NCBI GenBank assembly: GCA_028023455.1
Contig: JAQFVV010000001.1
Coordinates: 34,782,001-34,846,000, forward strand
Direction: 5' to 3'
DNA from: Epiperipatus broadwayi
Taxonomy: Eukaryota; Animalia; Onychophora
Length of the DNA stretch: 64,000 bases
The notes under the pieces were generated by a model. It did not search any database and was not told where the DNA came from. It was given only the letters and a program-made list of their open reading frames with translations. Positions 53,471-64,000 of the stretch are shown piece after piece; position 1 is the first letter of the stretch, and the number at the start of each line of letters is the position of its first letter. Made by a program: the position numbers and the translations under genes.

Positions 53471-56400
53471 TACCTTATGATAATATCAATTCCACTATCC
53501 ATAAAGTATTGTTGTGAAAACAAATTTAGTATAATAAATTCTTCTTTTCTAATGATCACTTCATTAACATATCTTATTTCTTTTTCTTTTTTAAAAAAAT
53601 CACACCACTCTTTAAATGAAATGTGTCAATTGTAATAGAAAAAATTCTATTCAAGATCCAAGCAGTAGATAAAAGATTCTATAAGAACTTTTAATCAAAG
53701 TAATCTGCTATCAACATCAATTAATGTTTAGTCAAGATATCAATATTTATAATCTCATCCCAGAATTACTATTTCATACAATTAATGAAAAACATTTGAT
53801 AAAAATTTTTTGATATTAATATAACAATAAATAATATAAATGTATTTTTTTTATCCTTTAAATAATTAGCTTATTTTTTGTTTTATATAAAAACTTTAAT
53901 GATTATCATAAAAAGTATACACAATAATGTGTAAGAAATTTATTGTAAGGGTAACTTACAGTTAACCCAGCATTTATACACTCATTTATAACTATCTTTA
54001 ACTAAACCATTTATTTATTAAATATATTTAACTATTATAAAATTCATACACACACATATATATATACTTAACAAAAATAAATTTATGATTAACATTTATT
54101 TTGATAAAAATAAAGTTATAAAGATACTTACTTAAAAAGTCAAACTTTTAAATAATCAACCAGATTTAAAATTGAAAAAAAACAAACAATTATATATATA
54201 TATATGTATTCTATCTTAATGTTTATCTATAACAATGAGCAAGTAAATCAAGCATTGAAAATTAAAACAAAACAATTAACAATTCATTCATTCTTAACAA
54301 TAAAGAAGAGGAGAAAAGAAAATGACTTTCTCAACAACTATTTTCTTTTAATGGATATTACTATTCTATATTAGAATTGAATTTCTACTAAATTAGAAAA
54401 GGTTTAACTCTTTCAAATTGAAATATTGATTCATTTATATGGAAAATAAACCTAAGGATCTGAATAGATGATAGGAAAATATTTTTTTTCTTTTAAATCT
54501 GAAAGAGGATAGTGATATATAAAAAAGAACATCTATTTGAATTACTAGTAACTTCTTCTTTATTTTATTACATTATTTTTCTATGCACAAAAATATATTT
54601 AAAATAATTATATATATTTAAAAGTATCTTACAATGTGCAGGGAGTAGAAGAACATTATATCGTAAAGGTTTTGAAACCAATTTTCATGCCAATTTAAAA
54701 TATTAATTGTGTAGAGTGACTAACTGGAAAAAATGGAGGTTAAGAACACCGATCTTCGAAGGATGTATTATAATTTATTACAATAAAAACCATTGGATAA
54801 TGCTAATAATCTATCAATTTGGAATAAATATGTAACTGCTAAACCAGTGGATAAATACACTATGCAAGGAGATCTCCACCAGGATTATAAAATATTGACA
54901 TAAAGAACCATTCTTACTTAGCTCAGGAAAATAAGTTTTTATTTATCTATTTACCTATTTTATTTTATTATTTATATCATTTTAATATGTTTATTTTATT
55001 GATTTTCATTTTCAAGTTTGGTATCTTATCTTTACAGAAATGGGAGTATCCAAATTTAATTTTATAAGGAAAAATTATTAAACTAAATATATATATTAAA
55101 TAAAATTAAATTTTATTCATTATTATAAGTTTGACAGAACTCATCTAAATTAGATGAAGTAAAATTTTGATTATTATTTAACAGATATTAGTTAAACAGA
55201 GTTATTATTCTTACTAATTAATATAGTAAACATAATGATATATTTATTTTTATTACAAATACTTATAAAAGAGGTTTTAAAATTACAAATAAGAGATTCA
55301 TAATAATAATTATGAAACAAATGAAAAATGACCATAAATGTATTAATAAGTCATTTAAATTAGTAATCTTTTGAATTTGTTTACTGTTATATATTGTATA
55401 TGTATTAGTTTGAATTATAAACTTTTCTTTAGAAAAGATCGTCAAGGTATGAAATATTATCATGGGATATGGAATGGGAATATTAGTTATTAATCTTTTA
55501 AAATGATAAAAGTTCATCCTTATTTTTCATTATTATTTTATTTATCTTGTTATATTACATTTTTAGTGTTTATTAAATATTATTGAGTTTTTAATCTGAT
55601 CTCTATTTAATCATTATTATATTACATTCATATTTATAAATAAACAAATTAATCATTAATAGCTACCTAACATTTATTTTTTTTATATATGTGTTAATAT
55701 TATAAACACTTTAGAAATACGTTTTATTAGCCATTACTTATATAAAGGCATAGTAGTAAATGACTTGATTAAATCCATCCCTGAAGAGAGCCAATTGTGA
55801 ATTCTCCATAAGTTTGAATATTGTGGGATAATGGTGACTGAAAGAGGGATGAGAGGTGGATGAACTAGTCTAAATTACATCTAAATTAATCTAATAATTA
55901 TTGAGCTAGCATAGTGAAGATAGATGTAATCATGGACTTAGAATTTCATCACTTCACCTCCAGCATCCTACCCAAAGACCCTAAGTCCAATTGTAGTAAA
56001 ATGTGCACCCTCTTTCTGGTAAAAACCGATATCCCGTTACACTATGTATATGAAGATATTTACTTATTATTCAAAGAAATACAGCAATGACCAAATTTAT
56101 TAAAATCCTCAACAATTTTCTGAGTTATTCGTATAAACATGATATTCAGGACAACAAATATATCATTTTGACTTCCTCCTCCTTATTATATAATTGTAAT
56201 CAATGCATTATTATTCTAATGGAAACAGTCTGTTTGACTTACCTTTCTTCATCTAAATGCTATTCCTCATAAATTTCAATAGCACATTGGACATTAACTC
56301 ATACTGTATGCTAGTAAGTTTAATATAGAAACTTTTCTATTTTATGAAGGTTTCTTTATTAAAAAAAGGAAGATATTAATTGTATATCTATACAGCAATA

Positions 56401-57374
56401 AATAAATATATATATATATGTGTGTGTGTGTGTGTTATATAATATACACACATTATTTAATATAATGACATTGAGTTCATGGAATTTATCTAGTTTTTTT
56501 AAATGTTCTGCAAGGTCTAGACCAAATAGTATGTACAGCTTTATTTAAACTTATCATTAAAGAATTAGAAAACTTTTTCCAATAAGCATTTAAATTTAAA
56601 GACACTGAAATGTAGACTGTCAGATAATCTACTTAGCTAATCCACTTATAGTTGGTAACAGTTAATATTGTATGAATAAATATTATCCATTTTATCATTC
56701 TTTGACATATGTAAATTTAAATTCTGGTTAGTGCATGTCAGTAGTAAGTTATTTTATCCTTAATTAATTATTTTTAATTAAAAATAAGAGTTGCATTTTT
56801 TTTTTTTTTGGAAAATTGTTAGTTTCAGCATTGTTATTATTTTCCTAAACTTCAGTATTATTACACTGTCCCTTATGGTTTTATTCAGCAGAAGAGTGAT
56901 GGATTTGGGAGCTAAAGATTTTCAAGTTAAAATTCAGTAAATGAAATTAAAATTATTATTTATAATAAGATATTTATCTATATAGGCATGTGCATTAGCC
57001 TGATCGTTAATTTACAATTAAAATTATTATTATATATTCTAAAAGTAAATAATGGCTACACATAGAAGAAATAAAGTGATATTAATAGTGTCTAGATCTT
57101 AGTTTAAGCCAAGTTTTGTGACTTAAGCTAGCCTTAACATGAACTCACTATATGCTACATAGTTTTTATTGTCTAAAGTTTAATTATTATAGTAATGTAA
57201 AACCTCTTATTAAATAGTTCTCATTAGAAAAGCATATAAAAATGATTTATTTCTAAGAGAAGTGACATTTGAGCACTCAGGAATCATTAGATCTCAAATT
57301 AGTCATCTATTATATAAAAGTTACCAACAATTAGATGGAATTAATTTTTTAGTTTACATTATATATATAGTATA

Positions 57375-57500
57375 ATGGTTAGTTTTTGTCTTCTATTACC
57401 ATGACTTGAGGTTTTAATCTGAGGTGAGTAAAACCCACAATATTTTGGAAAGTCTCAATCAATCTTGAGATTTCTTTAGGGTAACTAGCCCATAATTAGT
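57375..57500 (+). mobile_element. Decayed tRNA-like SINE head
   Basis: tagtataatggttag (A-box-like)...gaggttttaatct (B-box-like). Confidence 0.3.
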
Positions 57501-58333
57501 CAAACAACTAACTATTCTTCCTATATTGATCAATAAATTGATATTTGCTATTTTTAGCTAAGGTAAAATAAAGATGAAAAAGCATTCAAGCCTCTTACCA
57601 CCAGATAATTGGCCAGCTGAACAGTGCTTTTTCCTCCAACATTACATTACAGGTGACTGTAGGATAGGCATTTATCCTGTAGTACAAAGTTATATAACTT
57701 TTTAAAATTAATTTTGTTTGAGTGGAAGCTAAATTAATATGACATGCTGAAACAATAAAAAATAATATCAAAGAATTTACCTTTGTAACATGGGCCCTAA
57801 TCTATAACTTGTTCAACGTATGCATAAATTAAGATCTATATATTCAAATCAGCAGATATTCTAAAGAAATACAATATTGATCACTTTCATTATAAAGTCT
57901 TTCAAAAGCAGTTTATGTGGAGAAAGTTAAAAGGCAACATTGCAAGATATCACACAAACAGAGTTGGGAGGACCAGCATGTAATACATGGTAATGAATTT
58001 ATATTTTATAGATTGGTTTGTATAATCATTGCAAAACTAATCTTTAATTTTTTTAATTCCCTGTCTTTTTAGCATTAGTTTTTTTTTGTCTGGAGGTAGA
58101 GTGGCCGTATTTATTTATGAGTGGATGCTAATAATGATGGTAAAAGAATTTTATCTATTCTATTCTAACTTGAAAATACAACCATGTTATTATTTATATA
58201 GTTTACCATTTTAGTTTTATTTTTTTTAAAAAAAAATAGATATATTTCACGGAATTGTAAGTAATACAAAATAAAAATATATATGAAGATCTTTTCACCT
58301 TATATCTTCTTTATGCAGTGATAAAATTATAAA

Positions 58334-58580
58334 ATAATTAAATAAATTCATCTTTCTTTTATCAGTATAACAATGCTTATTTTATTTTATACTTGATCAA
58401 TCTGACAGTTTTGATTGACCAGTAGTCTTCATCAGAACTGTTATATATATATATATTCATGTACAATTCTCTATATATTAGTTCTTAAAAAACAGTCAGT
58501 CAAAACTATCAGAATGATGCAAAATAAAATAAAATAAGGATTGTTATAGTGATAAAAGAAAGATGGATTTATTTTATTAT
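58334..58580. mobile_element. Foldback insertion with HHR relic, family B
   Basis: Arms 58334-58439 and 58480-58580 are close reverse complements around a (TA)n-containing spacer. Confidence 0.75.
58400..58440 (-). ncRNA. Degenerate minimal hammerhead (family B)
   Basis: Minus: CTGATGA AGACTACTGGTCAATC AAAA CTG TC AG. The other arm has AGTC AAAA CTA TC AG, giving a consensus GACT..AGTC GAAA C(T)G TC. Confidence 0.55.
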
Positions 58581-59089
58581 GGTATAAAGATCCACACCGG
58601 AGCAAAGGCTTCTCTAACAGTCTCTCCCCATAGAGGAATTATCATATCTTCATAATAGAGTTGAAACTTGAATAGGTAAAATTTTTATAATAAATCATTA
58701 ATACTGACAATGATAGTAAAACAATAACATATGATTTGCATAGTGGTTTCAGGTTTCACACTTACTATATTATTACCACAAAAAATATAAGCATGTTATA
58801 AATGCATAATGATAAAAACTTATGATGGCTAATATTCAATGAGAATAGAATGTTAGTGAAACTCAGTCCACTAAATTATTGGACTATGACATCTTACTTG
58901 CTTTGTTATAGTAGTCACAATCTTATAATTAGCTCAGATGTAGATATCTGCTAAAATGACCCCATAGAAGTTTTTATAGTTAGCTTCAGTGATCTTTTTA
59001 TGTGTTCAACAGTACTATTTATGATTGGAAATCATGAGTAATTTTCTTGTCAGTCTTTGAAACTATCTTTTTATTTGTATTTTTATATT

Positions 59090-59356
59090 GGACTATTTTC
59101 ATCATCTAGTATATGTATTGAATGTCTTTAGAAAAATTTATCTTTATTTAAATATTCCAAATACATTTAACTGTTAGTAATAGCACATTAAACAGGTTAG
59201 TATATACACAATGTTTCAAGAGATATTATTCTCCCTTCTTCATTGGGAATTGCAGGTCTGACCAGTGACAGAACTAGCATGGGATTCGAACCTGGGCCCT
59301 TAGATTCTTGAGTTTTGAATTTTAAGGTAATTCTCTAACCAACTGAACCATCTTTT
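59090..59356 (-). mobile_element. tRNA-derived SINE
   Basis: Minus: A-box TGGTTCAGTTGG (59339-50) and B-box GGTTCGAATCCC (59281-92). No cloverleaf. Body shared with 34140-34400. Confidence 0.8.
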
Positions 59357-61689
59357 TAATCTTTTTAGTTCATTCTTACCCTGAAAACTGATACATGCAC
59401 TTTTTATTTATACAGGAAAATGGCATTTATATTATAATCCCAAGTCTATTTAAATCTAGGAAAACTTTGTTTTATCCAGTCTGAATTCAAACCCAAATTT
59501 TAAATTTATAAGCATAGCAAATGTAATTGTACATTATAATGTTTGAAAGAGATTGTTTTAATAATGAATTTTCATTGCTAGATGCTGTAAAAAAGTTGTG
59601 TTAAACATTGATAGTCAGCAATGGAAAACTAATATTGATTGATAAATTGTTTATTGCTCATTTGCAATAGCTCTTTTATTTTTTCATCAAATCTTTCTAC
59701 AGATTCAAATCATTTCCCATAGCTTAAACATCAAAAAATTGTTATAATTTATATTCATAGCCTTGCCACATGTTCTCTGTTATTAGCAATCTTAACTATT
59801 TCATAATTTGTAAACGAATTTGTAAGAACAATTAAAATTGTGACCATGATATTTATTTTGTTTTGTTAAAGCTTATGACTTATTTTAAATAAAAATAACA
59901 CTTGTTTCTGAGAATCTTTGGCGAAAGAAAAGCAATTAAATTAGGAATTTTAAGAATTTACTTCCACAATTTTTACTTTCAACAAGAACAGAAATGACAG
60001 ATTTGATAAATGTCATAAACTTTTAATGTTTATTTTATTTACCTCTGAAAAAAAATGTAACTCTATTTCTTTTCGTTTTATTGTTTTATTTATTGTTAAA
60101 ATATGTGTAAATTTATTTTATGTTCTACATTTATAAAAAAGAAGAAATGATTCTAATGAATCTCAGTATGTAAAATAAGCCTTTAATCTTCTCCTAGGCT
60201 TTTCTTTTATATTCAAATAATATTTTATAAATGTATTGCTAGAATACATTTAGAACATTTAATGGTAATTTTAAAAATAACCCACACATTTTATTTATAT
60301 GTGTATTTTTACTGTCTGCATCAAATATAGTTCAAAAAGAGTTAACGTGAATTTTATATGAACTGGAAAATTAATTATTATATTTTAATATTGTTATTCT
60401 AAATACGAGTTAGAAAAAGATCATTTAGTAAAATTTGAAAACAAAATCTTTGATCAGAATTTTCAATTTGAATAGAATAATGTTATTTAATCTTCAATAA
60501 TAAAGTTTTTCATTTCACCTGTTGATCTGTTTTGCGTTGAATAAATATTCAAGAAAACTGAATTGATTTATTTTTATACTTTTTATACTAAAAATACCTG
60601 GTTAATTAAATTCATTTTTAATTCCACAGTAAAACATTAATAAATATGTTCGTAGTCAGAAAAAATGACGTTTAGAAATGACTTTCTGAATAACTTAATT
60701 TATTAAAATCAGATTGAGTATATATATAATCAACTGATTCAGCCATTGATTTTCGTTAATATCATTCATTTAAAAAGATAAATAGATAATTTTTCACTTT
60801 TGCGGTTTCCAATCCAATGATGTTATCGATGTGACCCAAGAAATCACATTGCACTTTGTTTGCGTTTTGTGCAGCTTTTCTTACAACATGTTTTAACAAA
60901 TTATTAAACAAATAACATGGTATTTAAAGTGTTTAATTTTATTAAAATGACAACTGTTACATTTCAAATGAATAAGACAAATTTCAATGGGAGACCATTA
61001 CTAAAGAGTGAAACTAATTATTAAAAATAAAAGTACACCAAGACTACTGTCCAATAATATATATTAAATTTGGCAGTCTTATTTCTGAGTATATAAAAAT
61101 ATTTACATATTCAGTATACCATCCAAAGGAAGGGAGAACAAGATATATATAATGAGAGAGCAAAAGGGCAAACTAGTGACTAAAGAGAAGAGGAGGAAAT
61201 ACATTAGGTTTTTTTTAATCATCTAGACTTGTTAAATTTATCAAATATTACATCTATATATGTAAACCCACATGCTTAAAATCAATAAAAAAAAAAACTA
61301 ACTCAAAATCATAATTTTAATATATTGTCCCTTTATTAAATAATATATATATAATTAAGTAGACCATAACAAATATGTATAATATAATTAAATAAACCAC
61401 TAATGTAACAAAATAAATACCAAAACTTTCAAATGGGGTTTGCTCTTTTTTTACTAAAATGATGAGCTTAATCCTCAAATATTATATATTGTTAAGATTA
61501 ATTTGAATGATGATAAATTGTTAAAAATTATGACTTACTGATTAGGATTAGAAAAAATAGACTAATTGAATGATATTTTTCATTTTCGTTTTTTTTCATC
61601 ACCCCCCACCCCCAATAATAATGATAATGAAGATAATAATAACAATAAGTTAACTACAACATAGAATGGGATAGTAAATATTCATAATA

Positions 61690-62748
61690 AAAACTAAATG
61701 ATAAACTTCAACAATTACACAACATATTTAAGATCCAGGATATTGTCATATTTTAAAGAATATTTATAAAAATGCAATAGCAACAATTAGATTACATAAT
61801 GATACTAGAAAAGTCAACATTGAGAAGGATGTAAGGCAGGGTGATTCCATATCTCCAAAACTTTTTACAGCAGTGCTGCAGGAAGTTTTTGTGGATTAAA
61901 ATGGGAAGCTAAAGGAGTGAAAGTAAATGGAGATTATTTAAGTCATTTAGATGTTGCAGATAATGTAGTTTTTCTTTTTTTTTTCAAATAATGCTTTAGA
62001 GATGCAGGAAATGTTGCAGGAGTATTTATATGAAAGTAGGACTAAAGATAAATGTTAAATCAGATGAAAGTAGGACTAAAGATACATGTTAAAAAGACTA
62101 AAGTAATGTTTAATACCTTTTTTTAATATATGAAAATAAAGATTGATTTTGATGAGTTAGAAGAAGTTAACAGCTACAAAAACCTTGGCCAGATTATTAA
62201 TACAGATGGAAACATAAAGGATGAAATTAATCATAGAATTAAACTTAGTTGGAGTGCTTTTGGTAGAAATAACTTGATACTAAAAGAAAATATGTTTATG
62301 TGTTTGAAAAGAAAAGTTTTTAATAAATGTGTTTACAGTTCTAACTTATGGATCTGAGACTTGATCACTTAATAAAAGAATAATACAGAGACTTCAGAAC
62401 ACTCAAAGAAGTATGGAGAGATGCATGTTAGGAGTAACAAGAAGAGATCAAAAACACAACATGTGGATAAGAGAACAAACAGGGGTTACTGACCTCATTG
62501 AAAAAATTTAAAAAATTGAAGTGAAGTTGGACTGGACATATTGCTAGAAGAGATGATAAAAGATGGGCAATTGAAATCTTAAACTGGATTCCAAGAGATT
62601 GGAAAAGACTCAGAAAGAGACCACATGTGAGATGGATGGATGAAATAAGAAAGTGTGCAGGAGTGATGTGGAGAAGAGAAGCTAAAAATCAGTGAAGATG
62701 GACTAAAGAGACCTTCATCCTGCAGTGGATTGATAATGATTGATGATT
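61690..62748 (+). mobile_element. 5'-truncated RTE-clade LINE (RT C-terminal half plus 3' tail)
   Basis: DVRQGDSISPKLFTA, SHLDVADN, GLK.NVKKTKVM, TYGSET, WTGHIARR, RWMDEI. Tail gataatgattgatgat. Stops, frameshifts and an internal 34-bp duplication near 62030-62097. Confidence 0.92.
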
Positions 62749-63117
62749 TAAAATTATTCTTTTCTATTTCATACGATAGTCATCTCTCATTTTAACATTT
62801 AATATTATATATCACTCTATTCTAGAATATTTCTGTAACTGCATTGTAATTCCATTCAACGTAAACAATGCCTTTTTAATATACATATATATATATACGT
62901 TGTGAATTAACGTAGAAATCTTTTAACAATCGTGTTTAGCACCAAACATGTATTAAGGTTCACACCGTCACCGTGCTTAATGAGGACAATCGGCTTTCCA
63001 AAACACACTGTAAAGCAAAAAAAAAAAAAGTTTAAAAAGCCAAGGGATTATAATTATTGCTTTCTCCGAAAAAAAAAAAATTAGCTTGTTTCTGCAGATA
63101 AAAATTATACCATAAAT

Positions 63118-63125
63118 TATCGATA
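63118..63125. promoter_or_regulatory. DRE-like palindrome TATCGATA in a CpG-retaining patch
   Basis: Exact motif. Function unverified. Confidence 0.2.
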
Positions 63126-63264
63126 TTGTTTTAACAAACAATGCAACCTAGTATTTATAGTAATTAAAAAAAACCCTAATGTATAATATATGCATGCATA
63201 AATTGTGATATATGTGTGTATTACACAAGTATGCACTTAAAATATGTATTTATGTAAAATAAAT

Positions 63265-63953
63265 ATAGGGGACTCAGACTTTCAAGCAACCTTCATCTAT
63301 CCATACTATCTCATACCACTTGCGCACATGACCACATATATGTATAAAAGATAATAATCACCAATATTCATATTTCCTTCTAAACAAGCACACATCATTA
63401 AGATAGCAAATCTTCATACTATGTGGTCGTGTGTAATAGGCTCCAGGTACGAGAGAAGTGCCTATATTTCAAATATTGACACATTAAGCCTGCATCCTGC
63501 CCATCCCTCTTCTATGTATTTAAATGGATAAGGTCCTGTACACGAGGGTTCAGAGTGACTTGAGGTCAACATGGGCATGGCAATAATATTGACATCAGAT
63601 TGGAATTTGAGCTTTCCATCATCACATTTTCAATGATATGGTTGATTGAAGAGTTGGAGGTTGGAGTGGATCGAAGCCTGTCTATTTAAGTATGAAGATT
63701 TGCTATCTTAATATAAACAGAGCCCTGATTATATAAATATATGTAGGAGATGATAATCTGGACCAACTGCTGAATGCTGATTTAGCACAAAATATGTGTA
63801 TTGGTGATAATTAATCTTTTTTACATGTATGTGGTCATGTGTATCAGTGGTATGAGATAGTATGGATAGTTGAAGGGCTCTTAAAAGTCTGAGTTCAAAT
63901 CCCCTGTATTTACAATTAGGCTCCAGGTATATGAAGAGTGCCTGTATTTCAAA
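63265..63953. mobile_element. HHR retroelement family A: inverted partial copy plus 1.1 tandem units (480-bp period)
   Basis: Perfect 18-bp flanking direct repeat tatttatgtaaaataaat (63247-64 / 63954-71). 41-bp internal direct repeat at 63437 and 63917. Minus arm 63261-63421. Confidence 0.88.
63748..63815 (+). ncRNA. Degenerate type I hammerhead (family A)
   Basis: CCAA CTGCTGA ATGCT-GATTT-AGCAC AAAA TATGTG TA/TTGG. Stem I CCAA/TTGG is intact; A6 and G12 are mutated. Confidence 0.7.
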
Positions 63954-64000
63954 TATTTATGTAAAATAAATCAATTTAAATCTATATATGAAGAAAAAAC

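Noticed and set aside
55785-55820. CCTGAAGAGAG...CTC as an HHR
   Set aside because: No GAAA or stem III after the putative stem II.
59281-59356. tRNA gene
   Set aside because: A and B boxes are present, but the spacing and stems do not form a cloverleaf, and the downstream body is repeated; it is a SINE.
2604-62357. Remaining 60-100 aa track ORFs
   Set aside because: Low-complexity I/F/L/K/N composition expected from AT-rich DNA, or they lie inside annotated TE remnants.

Overview
Very AT-rich, CpG-depleted eukaryotic DNA, most likely from an invertebrate animal. That assignment is inferred from composition and TE repertoire; the species cannot be determined. No host protein-coding gene could be identified with confidence, and almost all ORFs in the track are TE remnants or chance ORFs. 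The window is mostly decayed repeats: RTE LINEs (1-2455 minus and interrupted; 61690-62748 plus), about six fragments of an L1/Tx1-like LINE with a C-terminal CCHC finger, tRNA-derived SINEs, and mariner, Tigger/pogo, hAT and Merlin-like DNA transposons. The notable signal is a set of short non-coding insertions carrying type I hammerhead ribozyme (HHR) cores from at least three unrelated sequence families. Most are head-to-head inverted dimers, several with 12-18 bp target-site duplications (TSDs): 318-1097, 3777-4392, 19674-20442, 58334-58580 and 63265-63953. A similar foldback with no recognisable core lies at 43383-43909. One family has a 480-bp repeat unit combining an HHR with a tRNA-like Pol III promoter. 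One HHR (16758-16797, minus) keeps a complete catalytic core. The architecture resembles Penelope-like/retrozyme non-autonomous retroelements. A CpG-retaining domain at about 49.1-51.7 kb holds three GC-elevated, coding-like blocks of unknown identity. All alignments and folds were read by eye; coordinates of decayed elements are approximate.
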